Shown here: positions 24,209 through 37,289 of the stretch, in pieces
Numbering within the stretch: position 1 is the first letter of the stretch
Layout of the letters: every line of letters starts with the position of its first letter
Assembly (NCBI GenBank): GCA_951804945.1
Contig: OX638157.1
Location: 30,938,001-31,002,000 of the forward strand
Length of the DNA stretch: 64,000 nt
Direction: 5' to 3'
DNA from: Podarcis cretensis
Lineage: Eukaryota
The notes under the pieces: model-generated
Told to the model about the DNA's origin: nothing
Seen by the model: the letters and a program-made list of their open reading frames with translations, nothing else
Database searches by the model: none
Program-made: the position numbers and the translations under genes

Positions 24209-25969
24209 AAGTTACATTTTAACTGACTTTTAAACTTTTGATAGTGTGTATTGGCTTTCTCTCCTGAATCATTTGGAGTAGTTCTACGAAATACTCACTG
24301 TGAGTGTTCCTGGCCTGTGAAAACAAGAGGTTTGGATAATAATGATCACAGAATGGATGGTACAGCTTTCTAGTTGGGGGTTGGACAATAGGACCTTCTG
24401 TTTCCTTTCAGCACTATCAATCTATAACTCTCTAACACCATCAATATGTTGTTACATCCTTAAGTATTTATGTTTTCAGAACAGGGGAAAAACATATTAT
24501 GCTTTCAAAGTTGCAGGTTTGCTGTCTGTATAGCAGTAGACATCCCTTGAGAATCTACCCGTTGTGAATATTTGCCATTGTGAATTCAACAAGGGGTGAT
24601 GAAACTCTCAATTCACATGCTTGAGTAGCTGACTAATAAAGAAAACGGAGGAAATTACACAACTTGTGTTCTCACGCAAAAGCAGGGCATCAGAAGTACT
24701 TCAGTCTTGAAAACAATACAGTGGTTGTTCCCACTATACCAAGGACAGAGGAAGAAGCAATGTGTTCAAGCTTCAGGAAAGTGTACGTAGCTGAAGCAGG
24801 AGAAAATGACTTCCTAACCATATGAACAGTTCAGGAACGAAACAGCCTCTCTTGGCAGGTTGTGAAATCTCCATTCTGTGAGGTTTTCAGGGCATGTACT
24901 AAATAGATATGGATTGTGGATAATTTGGATTTAGGATATTGTGAGTGTGGGCAGAGTGGCAGAAGGAAGAGATGGATCAATTCACCTATGGAAGCTCTTT
25001 ATAATTTGGAATAATTCCTTAGGCTACAGCCTGGAATTCTGGCAACTGGATTCTTAGATAAATGAGTATGGGCTTCTAGACATTCATTCATCTGATACAG
25101 TTCTCTTCAGAATACAGATTGGTCTCAGAATAAAAAAATACAAGCGTATTTTGTAGTTTTACTGTTGTGGCTTTGGAAATAATTTTGTACTATTTTATAC
25201 CAATCTCATACATTTTTGGGTTCTATTTGGGCAGATTGGATTGGGTTGTGTTTCCTTGTTGTACTGCCTTTGTCACCTTGGGTGGACTTGGTGCAGAAAG
25301 ACAACTTATAAATACTGAAAATAAATAAATGAAAATAACAGGGGATCAGATTCTGCCTAGCCTTTTCCCTGTCATGCTTACATTCTGTATTCCAGAATAT
25401 TTTATTGATGAAGGGAAACACTCCAACATGTGATCCCTGATACAGAACTGGATTCAGAAGGGGCATACTCCCAGGAGAGTCCCCCCGCCTCGCGATGCTG
25501 GAGATAAGTTATAGGAAACAAAATATGAAAGCTAACGCTGTTTTAGCTGGGGAGATCTCATAATGGTGCTCTTTAGTAAGCCAAGAGAAAAATAGAAATG
25601 TGCAGATGCCGGCATTTTACAAAGCTATTCTATCCTTTCTCTTCTCTTTCATGAATGGTGACACTGAAGCTCGTACCAATACTGTGTTGACGTGTTCAAT
25701 TTGTCAGGTGTCGAGGCTGCCTTGATGGAAATGGTGGAAGACAAGCTGAGCTACCTCAGGCATAGAAAACAGCCCCTCTCTAATTTTATTGGCTTTGAGG
25801 AGAGGAGTTTCTGGGTAAGTGATCTTTTTGTCAAATGTGTGCAATACAAGAAACAAGCATCTAAGATAGCTGAAGGACACAGGAGATGTTGCTGCCCACA
25901 AAGGTAGGAAAGGAAGGAAGAAAATTAACTCAAATGCCACTAGTGTTTTTTAAAACAGCAAGAAGCAAA

Positions 25970-26165
25970 AGGGGGAAATACCACAGCTCAGGTAGAGCAC
26001 CTGCCCTGCAAGTACAAGGTCCCAGGTTCAGTCCCCAGCATCTCCAGATAGGACTAGGAAAAGCACCTGCAGGAAACCTTGGAATCTCACTTCCTGTCAC
26101 AGTAGACAATATTGGGCTAGCTGGACCAATGCCCTCACTTGTTTTAATGAAGCTTCCTATGCTTT
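25970..26165 (+). mobile_element. tRNA-derived SINE with CR1-like tail
   Basis: AGCTCAGGTAGAGCA (A box), GGTTCAGTCCC (B box), GTAGACAATATTGGGCTAGCTGGACCAATG...AGCTTCCTATG tail. Confidence 0.75.
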
Positions 26166-26179
26166 GAAAACCCATTGAA

Positions 26180-26368
26180 GATCACAGAAACCTGCAAATA
26201 AAATGGGAAAGTGGTAAAGGGTGGCTCCAAAAGTGAAAAGTACAGTAGTAGTATAGGCAAACAATCCTGACAGATGGATGTTTTTCAGTTCTCACTTTGC
26301 TTTGGAAAGTGGAATTTAGGGAGGTTTACCTTTAAGTGCAAACCAAATCAAGTTCTTCTCAATGTCTA
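26180..26368 (+). mobile_element. hAT-Ac-like element, right-end fragment
   Basis: GTTCTCACTTTGCTTTGGAAAGTGGAATT...AGTGCAAACCAAAT matches 47255-47320. Confidence 0.5.
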
Positions 26369-27479
26369 ATAATAAGGGAAGAATTAAAAGGTGTAGTCTT
26401 TAAAGTTTTGAGGATGCCTGGGTTCAACAATGACACCTTTAGGCAATAATCCTATGCAAAACTGACCTGGGAGTGAGTCCCATTGAACTCATTAGGGGCT
26501 CCTTGTGAGCAGACATGCACAGGACTATACTGTTAATGTAATTTGAATATACTGATATAAAGTTTTAGAAAGCTATCCTTCTGAAATCTTTAGTTTTCTT
26601 ACCATCATCAGGACCGATATGTCATTTTCTTCTCTTTCTTCTTCCCCAAAGAAATCAAAGAAACCCTTGGCTGAGAAACTTGGTGAGGATATTAGGGTAG
26701 ATATTGCAAAGGGAATAGAAACTTTTAAGAGGCTGTTAATTTTATGATGGCAACATAGCCTGTTAAATCTGAGGTAATACTTGACTCTTTGTTTTAGTCT
26801 TTTTCGTGTTTGTGAAATACTGTAATTTGAGGTAATTTTGTGACTGAGCATATTGTTGCCTTAAGGTAACAGAAGCTAGCTCTGCTTCCTTTATAGGGCT
26901 CATGATTATGGACTTCCTGAGGAGAATTTTCTCTTATATGATAATAAATGTACCTTTGGATTTGTTCATTTTCTAGTGAATTTTTTTTTTATGGCCATAG
27001 GACCTGTGGCATTTGATAAGGTGAACTTCCTGTTATATGAAGATAAATTTGATTTTGTATTTGTGCATTTGATAATGAAAAAAGAGAAGAAAAGTCTACA
27101 GAACCTGCAATATTTGATTTTAATGAGCCTCTAAGGGAATATGGAGTGGCTATTGAGAATGGCTTTCTGTCTCCACACAATTTTTAGTCTGGTGGTATAG
27201 AAATGCTAACACCAAGAGGATATTTTGATTGTCAAATCAGACCCTGCTCAGGGGGATATAGTGGCTTTGATTCTGGTGAATCTATGGCTGGTTCTTTTCT
27301 ACACCTGCCTTGCCACTGAAATGCTCTGATTTGGAGCCTTATGCAGGCAAGGAGTGGTAGCTTCCTAACCACTTGGACTTTGGGCAGGTACAACAGGGGC
27401 ATTTACAGCAGAAGAAGTCATCAGAGGTACATCTCTGCTTAATCCTAACTCCCTGATCAGGGATTGCAGATCAGGGTTA

Positions 27480-27720
27480 GGATTTAGCACCTTACAACAT
27501 CAACAATACTGAGTCTCTTGAACCATATCTATAAAGCCATTCAACACCAGTGAAGGCACATTACATCATCAAGAGGGGTTGCTGTTGCAGCTTGCAAGAA
27601 CTGCAATTTCTGAATGACTATCTTCTGAAAAACTCTGACCCTCTGACCAGCAGGGGAAGGTCCAAACAGACTGGCACTGCAGTGGTCCAGCCTTGAAGTT
27701 ACCAGTGCCTGAACTGGTAA
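27480..27720 (-). mobile_element. Old L2 LINE ORF2 fragment
   Basis: Translates to VQALVTSRLDHCSASLFG...IQKLQFLQAATA...LHW, homologous to the L2 ORF at 45988. Confidence 0.7.
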
Positions 27721-29684
27721 AAGAAACAAAGCAAAATACTTTGTGAAGGCACATTACACACGGTGAATGATGTGAATCTTTGGTTTCCCCCCTTAGTCAT
27801 GTTGCTCTCTCCCCACACCCCTTTCCACAAGCAAGGCATTTTCTTTCATCTGGGTATGATGTAGGAGAAGAAAGAACTGGACCTGCTCTAAACCCCTTAT
27901 TTGTAGCACAGAGACTAATGAACTGCAAAGGTTTTTTGTTCCTAGTAACGCTTGTAATAGTTGCCATTCAACTGCATTTTTAAAATCCAAATAAGAAACA
28001 GAAAGTATGCAACTTGACTATGGGTTTTGTGGTTTCCCTGTAGGAAATACTTTTTCACCCAGCATGAAATTATGCTATAAATTTAATTGCATAGGATGCA
28101 GCACAGACCAATAACTAAATAACATTCCGTGTTTAACCATCAATATGTTTGTCAAGCATGCAAAGCAATGAATAAATGGATGTTGCCAAATTTGTGTCAA
28201 TAACCCCCACCCCCATTTCTCATGACCTACACAACCTGGTCCCATCCTAGTTGCAGGCTGTCATAGGGGACAACAATCTTCACTGGCTTCCCCTCTCCTG
28301 CAGGTTCATGCCCCCTCCACTTCTGGCACCACCAAGAAAAGGAAATCTGCACAGATGGGGCATTGCCTGCCTGCCTCCTTCTAATAAATAAAACAATAAT
28401 AAATATAATTATTAATTTATAACCCATTCTTCCTTCACACTGAAGCACAGATCAGCTTATAACACAATATACAATTTAAATACATATTTACAGAGAAAGA
28501 GAGAGTAACACATCCACTGTGAAAACAGAAACACTAAGCCCCAGCATCAATAATCAACAGGTTCATTTCTTAAGGCCTGGAGAAACTGATACATCAGCTA
28601 AAATGAAGGATTACCGAATGATATGAGGTCATCTTGAGATAACACTATGTAGGTGTATCTTTCCATTCCAGATGCTGGCTTTTTATGGGAAGAGGATTCA
28701 ACAAGATTTCCAAGAGAGAGCATCTGTTTGCAAAGTTTTGAGGCTGGCAAAGTTGTACAAATCAGTTCCATGGACTAATTCTGATCCATGTTCATCAGGA
28801 AAATCAACAAGTGTGTCTTCCAGTTTCATATTATATTTTTGTAAAAGAATATTTTCAAAAACTTTGTGTGACTTGGTGTCCAGCGTCCTGCCCATTTAAT
28901 TTAAATGGGTCTACTATGAGTATTACTTAGTTAGAAACCATCCATATAAATTTAATGACAACTTCAATAGCCATATCCAGACATTTCCAACTAACGTGCA
29001 ACTCTAGGGCAAAAGGCATATTTTTCCATCAACATCTACCTAGAGACATGTAAACCAGTACAAATTTATTGCAATGTTCCAGTTCAGTTTATTTGTTGAT
29101 ATTATTCATTCCACTACTTTGGAGAAAAATAAAGCCAAAAGCTCTTCAAAAACGACGTTCATTCTGAAGAAACAGTAACATTATATATGACAGACTTACA
29201 TTATATGCTTCTTGGCAACGGGTTCCCTCAGATATCCCAGACAAAAGTCACTTTCTTGTTTCAAATTGGTATGCAAAACATGAACTCTGCCCTGCTCAAC
29301 AACACATCCGGCATGTATCAGATTAATCTTCGGCACAGTCTGTACATACAAAATAAACATCTATCAAACAAGAATATCCAGTCATTCCTGAAGGTATTGA
29401 GGCAGATAGAGAAGCTAAAATTCATCTACAGCACTTTCTGATGCTGCTGTTTATTCTTATCATGTTATTTGATGGTAAATCTCTCTTAGAGTGGAGAATG
29501 CATTGTGAAGTTTAATTCATATATATCATCAATGTGTCTCCAGGGCTCCAATTGTCAGGAAAAATGGCTCCTACCTCCTACCTCTCTTCTGCCCTACAGG
29601 GTATTGCTGCTCTTTCCAATAAAGCAACATTAATTTGGGGGATTCTCCTTTCATTTTTTTTTCAATGAAGCTTTACATTATTAC

Positions 29685-29686
<2 letters not shown>

Positions 29687-29716
<30 letters not shown>
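29687..29716. repeat. (CA)n microsatellite
   Basis: Perfect run. Confidence 0.95.
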
Positions 29717-29717
<1 letters not shown>

Positions 29718-30262
29718 ACTCTATTCTTGATTCCATTTACATCTATTGGGAAAATTAAGCAATTTTATTTTATTTTTACTGTGATCTAAATATGCCACTG
29801 GGAAACCCTAATTTCCACATTTTATCCCACCCTTCTTACGGAGTGACATATCGAATGCCCCCAGCTTTATCCTCACAACAGCCCTGTGTATTAGGTTAGG
29901 GTGAAAGAGTCATCCAGTGCTCTGATCTAGAGGCAGGATGGGCTATAAATATTCTGAAATTAATAAATAAGAATAGTCCAAGATTTTCCAATATGGTCAG
30001 CTAGTCTGCTCCAGAAACACATCAAGCAAATCAAGCACCAGTTCCATGTTTGACAATGGTACAAGATAAGCTTTAAATTTATCTTGGGTGCTATGCATGT
30101 TAATAGATTTTATAATGCCTGGACCATATTTCCAAAATCTAAGGCAATAGGTGACATGGCACATAATCTAGGCAGAGTTGGATTTGTCCCATTTCCACTA
30201 ATATCAAAAGAAAATTTTAACATAACTGGGGAGCATAAGTAAAATCAGTTTCTTCTGACTTA

Positions 30263-31846
30263 TAGTCATGGGAAAAAGAAAGTGCACCCTCTTTGAATTC
30301 TGTAGTTTTACATATGAAGACATTATAACAATAATCTGTTCCCTAGCAGGTAAATAAAACCTCAGATGAACAACAACACATGACATATTACTCTGTGTCA
30401 TGATTCATTTAACAGAAATAAAGCCAAAATGGAAAACCCATTTGTGGAAAAACTAAGTACACCTTATGATTCAAAAGCTTGTAGAACCACCTTTAGAAGC
30501 AATAGCATGAAGTAATTGTTTTCTGTAGGACTTTATCCATCTCTCACATTGTTGTGGTGGAATTTTGGCCCACTCTTCTTTACAACGTTGCTTCAGTTCA
30601 TTGAGGTTTGCTGGCATTTGTTTATGCACAGCTTTCTTAAGGTCCCACACAGCATTTCAATTGGGTTGGGGTCTGGATATTGACTGGTTCTGTTCTTTTT
30701 CAGCCATTCTGTTGTAGATTCACTGGTGTGCTTGGGATCCTTGTCCTGTTGCATGACCCAATTTCAGCCAAGCTACAGCTGTCGGGCAGATGGCCACACA
30801 TTTGACTGCAGAAGACTTTATTACAGAGGAGTTCATGGTCGATTCAATGACGCCAGGTTCCCAGATCCTGTGGCTGCAAAACAAACCCAAATCATCACCC
30901 TTCCACCACTGTGCTTGACAGTTGGTGTTAGGTGCTTGTGCTGATATGCTGCGTTTGATTTTTGCTAAATGTGGTACTGTGCATTATTACCAGACACCTC
31001 CACTTTGTCTCATCTGTCCAAAGGACATTGTTCCAGAAGTCTTGGGGTTTGTTCAGATGCTACTGCAAACCAAATCTGTGCTGCCATGTTCTCTTTAGAG
31101 AGACAAAGCTTTCTCCTGACAAACAAACCATACTTGTTCAGTCTTTTTCTAATTGCACTGTCATCAACTTTAACATTAAACATGCTAACAGAGGCTTGTA
31201 GAGCCTGAGACGTAAGTCTTGGTGTTTTTGTTTTTGTTTGCAGTTTCTCTGAGAATTGAATGGTCTGACCTTGGGGTGAATTTGCTGGGACGTCCACTCC
31301 TGAGAAGATTGGCAATTGTCTTGAATGTTTTCCACTTTTGAATAATCTTTCTCACTGTAGAATGATGGACATAAAATTGGTTGGAAATGGCCTTAAAACC
31401 CTTCCCAGTTTCATGAACAGCAGAACTTGCTTCTCTAAGAGCATTGTGTTATCTTTCCTCTTTGGCATTGTGTTAAAGCACATCTGAATGCTCCAGACCA
31501 GAACCCCCCCCCCAAAAAAAAACCTTGGCTTTTATAGAGGTGGGCACACTTGCAGATGATCAATTGAGCAAGGGAATTTGATTAGCAGGCCTTGTCTACT
31601 ACTTAGCTTCTTGATTCCTATGGAAACAATAAGGGTGTACTTAGTTTTTCACACATGATTTCTGCATCTTCATTTTATTTCTGTTAAAGAAATCATGACA
31701 TGGTATAATATGTCATGTGTTGTTGTTCATCTGAGGTTGTATTTACCTAATTTTAAGACCTGCTAAGGAACAAATGATTGCTATTATGTCCTGACATGCA
31801 GAACCGCAAAATTCAAAGAGGGTGCACTTTCTTTTTCCCATGACTA
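30263..31846 (-). mobile_element. Full-length Tc1 (DD34E-type) transposon with ~210-bp IR/DR terminal repeats
   Basis: Perfect outer TIR TAGTCATGGGAAAAAGAAAGTGCACCCTCTTTGAATT at both ends with TA TSDs (30261-30262, 31847-31848). Inner repeat AAAAACTAAGTACACC. Length ~1.58 kb. Confidence 0.93.
30471..31468 (-). pseudogene. Decayed Tc1 transposase
   Basis: Start MPKRK, HTH segment PRLTSQALQASV...SAIRKRLNKYGL, catalytic motifs LWTDETK, QQDKDPKH and SQYPDPNPIEML, end GGSTSF*. Multiple frameshifts and stops. Confidence 0.88.
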
Positions 31847-32648
31847 TACACCCATGATTTTTTGGGGGGGACGGGGGAATCAGTTTGTCATTTTAAACCC
31901 CTTCCTGTTTTTAATCTATAGGTTAATTAGGCCGTTAAACCTCTTGTCAACAGCAGTGATAATATAAACAACCGTGATCAAATCAGATGAGTATATCTCA
32001 TATGAATCTCAAATAGATGTTCCTTTAAAAACTGATTCAATTGGCTGCTGAGGAAGAGAGAAAGATTATGAAAGCATTATACACTTAAGAAATGCAGAAT
32101 CAGAAGAAAATATCAGAGCATTGGTAAAAAACAACAGCAGCACTTCTGCTTTTAAGATAGTTTTTGGTCACGCTCTTTTTTGCGTTACATCCTTCCACTG
32201 TAAGGAGTGACCCAAAAGTAGGCCAGTTCCTTTCAAAGTTCCTGCCCTGCTATCTCAAATGCCTTTCACTAGAAATGTCACACAGCTCAAACTAGGCAGG
32301 GTACATGCGAAGAATTCATTGTAACATTTCACTGCAGCCCATCCCAATGTCAGTATTTTAATCCTTTTTTGAACCAGTTGCCAATCAGAGTGTTAATCAC
32401 GGGCGTGAGCGAGATCTTGCAGAAAACACATATTTCTAGGAAATGAGTTGAGTACACATAATTCTGTGGGATCAAATCTTATATGAGCAATAGTTATAAA
32501 AATATAGCCAGAGTAGCCTGTGCAGATCATTCCTTACTCAGCCTTTATTTAAAAGGAGAACAACCTTTATCTAAAAAGATTCCTGATTAAATTTTAAAAG
32601 TACAATTCTGGTGCAAGTCATGTGAAATGTTGACACTGTGAGGTTTTT

Positions 32649-32685
32649 TGTATGTATGTATGTATGTATGTATGTATGTATGTAT
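32649..32685. repeat. (TATG)n microsatellite
   Basis: Perfect tetranucleotide run. Confidence 0.95.
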
Positions 32686-32950
32686 TGTGGCATTTGTATA
32701 CCATCCCATCATGTAAAGTTCTCTGGACAGTTTCCAATATAAAATAAATGCATAAAACCAGAAAATCAAAACCTACATAGATACAGGAAAAAACAAAACT
32801 CACCACACCCACAAAGTTCAACACAGATTTGAAAATTCAGTAGCTACTTAGGAAATGTTGAACCATTCAGAAAATAAATCCATTACCTTTGCTAGTAAAA
32901 GGAGGAATAAATAGGTAACGTTCAGACTGAGTGCTAAATAAAAATGAAAG

Positions 32951-33165
32951 GGGGGAGGGCCATAGTTTAGTGGTAGAGGACCACTTCAAAAAATCCCCAG
33001 ATTTAACCTGTGGCATCTCCAGTTAAAAGGATCTGGTGGCAGGTGATTTGAAAGATGTCTGCCTTAAGACCTTGAAGAGCTGCTGCCCTATGAGAGAAAC
33101 AGACAATATAGCGGGCTAAGCAGACTGTGCAAATAGCTTGACCTGGTATATTGCAGCCTTCTTTG
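32951..33165 (+). mobile_element. tRNA-derived SINE with CR1-like tail
   Basis: GGGCCATAGTTTAGTGGTAGAG head, GGCATCTCCAG...GAAGAGCTGCTGCC...AGACAATA body, degraded tail. Confidence 0.65.
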
Positions 33166-33774
33166 ATCTATAGAAAAGAGTGTTTTAAAATGCTTGCTGA
33201 AAAGTATGGGTTGGTAGATGTGGTGTAAATATGGTGCTGTTTTGTGGAGTGTTTATTATTAGTGCGTTAGTGCCATCTGCTGTTACATGACCTATCAAGG
33301 CTGCATTATTAAGAGGCACACTGTTGAATTCAGTTCGTCTCCAGCACTTAAGTGTTTAGGACTTGGGAATTCAGTAAAGAAACCCAACAACAACCCAGGG
33401 TTAAGAAAGCAGTGGGCAATTAGCAAAAAGGCCAATCAATTGCAATGTAGGGAAGGGGGAGCAATGTAGGGAAGGAAGACCCAAGTATAACCTGACCACT
33501 ATTCATTGTGCTCACTGGGATTGCAACCCGTAGCACATTATTGGTGAGGGTGCCCCAACAGGAGCTGTTTATTTAGGATAAAAGCCTATGCTATAGTTCA
33601 GGGATGAGGATTCTTAGCCTGGGGTGGGAGAAGGACAGAACACAATCCTCCAGCCCTCAGTGTTTAGCCCTTGAAACCCTTCGCAGACCAAACCCTTCAA
33701 CAGCCCTGCTCAAATGTTTACCCTGGTTGGAATGCCCTTGTGATGTGACAATGCCTCTTGATCACCTAGATGGA

Positions 33775-33813
<39 letters not shown>
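33775..33813. repeat. (GT)n(GA)n compound microsatellite
   Basis: Direct read. Confidence 0.9.
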
Positions 33814-33819
<6 letters not shown>

Positions 33820-34007
33820 TGATTTCCACATGGCTGGAATGTAGTCTGCTGTCACAACCATTGCTCCACCCAGTTCTGCCCTGCCCCTTCCTACCACTCA
33901 TCTGTGGTGCCTAGAACACCCACCACCACCCATGAGGGAGTGGGGTCATCCACCTGAAAAACTTTTCCCTCATGCAGTAGGCCCTTCTCTTGGTTTTAGT
34001 GTATCTA

Positions 34008-34342
34008 AAAGGTAAAGGGACTCCTGACCATTAGGTCCAGTCGTGGCCGACTCTGGGGTTGCGGCGCTCATCTTGCTTTACTGGCTGAGGGAGCCGGCGT
34101 ACAGCTTCCGGGTCATGTGGCCTGCATGACTAAGCCGCTTCTAGCGAACCAGAGTAGCACATGGAAACGCTGTTTACCTTCTCATTGGAGCAGTACCTAT
34201 TTATCTACTTGCACTTTGATGTGCTTTTGAACTGCTAGGTTGGCAGGAGCAGGGACCGAGCAACAGGAGCTCACCCCGTCACGGCAATTCGAACCACCGA
34301 CCTTCTGATCGGCAAGTCCTAGGCTCCCGCCACTTGCATCCC
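34008..34342 (-). mobile_element. Sauria SINE (lacertid POM-type)
   Basis: Reverse complement of the 39345 and 41803 copies, with ACCTTT tail. 13-bp TSD TTTAGTGTATCTA at 33995-34007 and 34343-34355. Confidence 0.92.
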
Positions 34343-37169
34343 TTTAGTGTATCTATGTGGGGTTTATTATCTGTTCGGTTGGTTGCAAGTCACTTTCAGT
34401 TGCCCTGAGCAAGATAAAGCAACTAACAAAGTTAAACAACAACATCATAGGGGATCATTCCATCAGGCAAGCCGAAGTGTTTGCCCTCATGGAATGATCA
34501 TCTTGGTGCAATGTTGAACTCCTCCCAATATTTTGAACAGTAGTCTCAAGCCTTTCTCCATAGAAGCCAGCTCCTGGGGGCCAAGGCACTTTGGGGGCTC
34601 CCAATGTGAATGCTCAGAGGGCATTTGGCTCCGCCCCTGGCTCCTCATGATGTTGCATGTGCAAAGTCAGGACATTGCGTTGGGCTCCCCATCATCTTGA
34701 GAAGCTGGCAGCTCTGCCTTCCTCTGTTCTAATACATCCATGTGCTCTTAAGAGTCTGTCCACAAAATGTTAAGATTCCACTTTTATAAACCTTTATCCA
34801 ATTCTGGAAGATATTGGTTACAGTTGTGAATATAGACTATGGAGTATAGTCCACATTTGGATTTGATAGGAAGTTCTCCTAAGCCAGCAACTCATAATTG
34901 GTCCAGAAACTGGCATTTCTGATCTCCGTCTGTAGTAAAAAAAGAATTACTGGTGAATAGCATGGTGGTGTAACCTTGCCATTCATGGGTTCATTGTCTG
35001 ATCTTTACATCAAAGGTGACCAGGGTTTAATATTGTCACATGCAATTTTGTCTCAAAAGAACTATGTGTGTGATTAATCCAGGAGCAAACCTGTCAATTC
35101 AGTTCCGTGTGAAGGAAAGCTGCTTAGCTACTCAAGCCTTAAAATGGAGCTCCACTTGGCAGATTGCCCAGCAACAAATGGAATGGGGAATGGTGGTCAG
35201 GCATGGGGGAGTCAGTGCATGCTATTGAATGTAAATCCCAAATTCAGTAAATGTGCTTCCCCAAGTAGGATATCATCACTGAAATTAGGCACATCTGGGC
35301 ATGCCTTTGAATAAGTTTAGAAGGCAAAGTATCAGAGAACCGATCACCAAAGATCTGTTATCTTGCACGACAATGCACATGACATTTTAAGAGGCAGACA
35401 AATCACCTACAAAACCTGATTTCTTGTCTATTGCTCAGACATGCTGGAAAGAGGGCTACATATGGCATGTTGGAGCTTTTTGGATCAATTTTGATTCCAC
35501 AGCAAAAGCTTGAAAGACTTTTGAATGTGGAGACTCTCAAGTCAGCAGAGGAGCTGCTGATTAGGAAAGACAAACACACACACAATCTGGTGCATGTGAG
35601 GTTTGGCCACAAAAATGTACCACATAAATCAGTCAAGAGAGCTTGAATAATTCCTGGGGCAATCGGCACAGCTTTAGGCAAATTACTTTTGGCCTGACTT
35701 TCAAAGGCACCAAAGGATCTGTATTAACTTCTTCACCTATAGCTTTTTCATCTTTGGGATGTTTACCAAAACTGGAAGTCTAGCACTTCTAAAAATATTA
35801 TTTTCTTAATGTATCCATAGAATTGAAAGTGAGGATTGTCTAATCAGATCCCACCAGAAATATAAGGGCAGATGTCCCCCTGTCACACAGAATAAAAAAT
35901 AAGGTGTGGATCACAGAGCAGGCTAGTGAGACTGAGCTTGGTGGACATGGAATCCTGACTTACTGCTGAGTAGGAGGAAATGGGAAATGGGAAATGTAAA
36001 ACAGTGGGTGGGAATGGGAATGGAATGGAGTATCCTGGAAAGGGGCATAGCTGCCTGGCTGGAATCGTGAAGGGCAGCACTCCACACTACAACTTTTTGT
36101 TGTTCCCACCGGCATTGAAGTGACCACATGGTTTTCATTGAACCGGCTGAATGTGCCTTTTGGTGCAGATGCCATTCTGGGAAATGACTGGTTGCCCATG
36201 ACGAGAGCAGAGCTGATGCTGTTTATGTGTGCACATTTAAAATACAGCAGCACAAAAAGAAAAGATTTCCAAATGGTTCAAGCGAAAGGCTTTCCTGCAG
36301 GAGCAGAGCGCTTAACCAGCCGCCACAGCTTTGACAACCACCTCCTGGCTAAAATACTTTTGCTCCGCTTTAGAGGATTAGATTTCTTACTGCAGAGAGA
36401 GTTTAGATAGTGTGGTTTACAGTCTAAGGGAAGAGTAAAAAAACACACACCTAATGTTGTGCTGAAGACAACAAAGAAAGCATTTTCCCTTTTAAGATAA
36501 TTATCATCCGTGTTTATAGTGATTAAGCTACAAAGATTAATAATCAACAACACACAAAAATTGCCTGAAGGCAACACCTGAGAGCTTAACATCAGTAAAG
36601 GCTTCTTAAGTTATTGCTCTCCCTCTCTCTCATCAGTGGAAAAGGTTTCATACACTGCAGCATTTTCATCTTGAGTTCATCTGAAACGGAAGAAAGCCGG
36701 GCTTTCCTACCCATAGCATGGGAATGCTGGGAGACTTTGATCCATTGTTTGTATATCAGCTCTTTGATAATGAGTTACAGTGTACTGTGGTTTTTAAAGC
36801 ATGGTCAGATGGTTCTTTTATACTTAGAGCTGTGCCAGCGTTTCCATGATCACCGTGTCACATGTGCCTAGCGTTGCTTGTATTAATTTGTTCCAACCTA
36901 AAACATGATTACTTCCGCCTTCCCTCCCCCACACTCCTGGAATGAAAACACAAGGCACTGCAAATGGGTTCAGTTGTGGGCCACAGCCTTGTTGACGTAT
37001 GTGTTTGATTTGCAGTCAACTAGCCAAAGGCAATCTCTCCCCTAACTCAGCTCTGGTGCATTTGCTACCACGAAGAGAGTTAGGAAACGGCATCTCCTCA
37101 TGCTCACCTTGAATAGGCAACCCTCCTTGGACAAACCCTCAGATCCCTGGTGTAGCAGGTGTCTGCTCT

Positions 37170-37254
37170 TTGCAATCTTCAAAGATCTCAACAGCTGTCA
37201 CATAGAGGAAGGAAATAGCTTGTTTTCTCCTGCTCTGGAGGGCAGGACATGAAC

Positions 37255-37289
<35 letters not shown>

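Noticed and set aside
26570-27320. AT-rich tract that might be a very old retroelement
   Set aside because: No motif I can translate or match with confidence.
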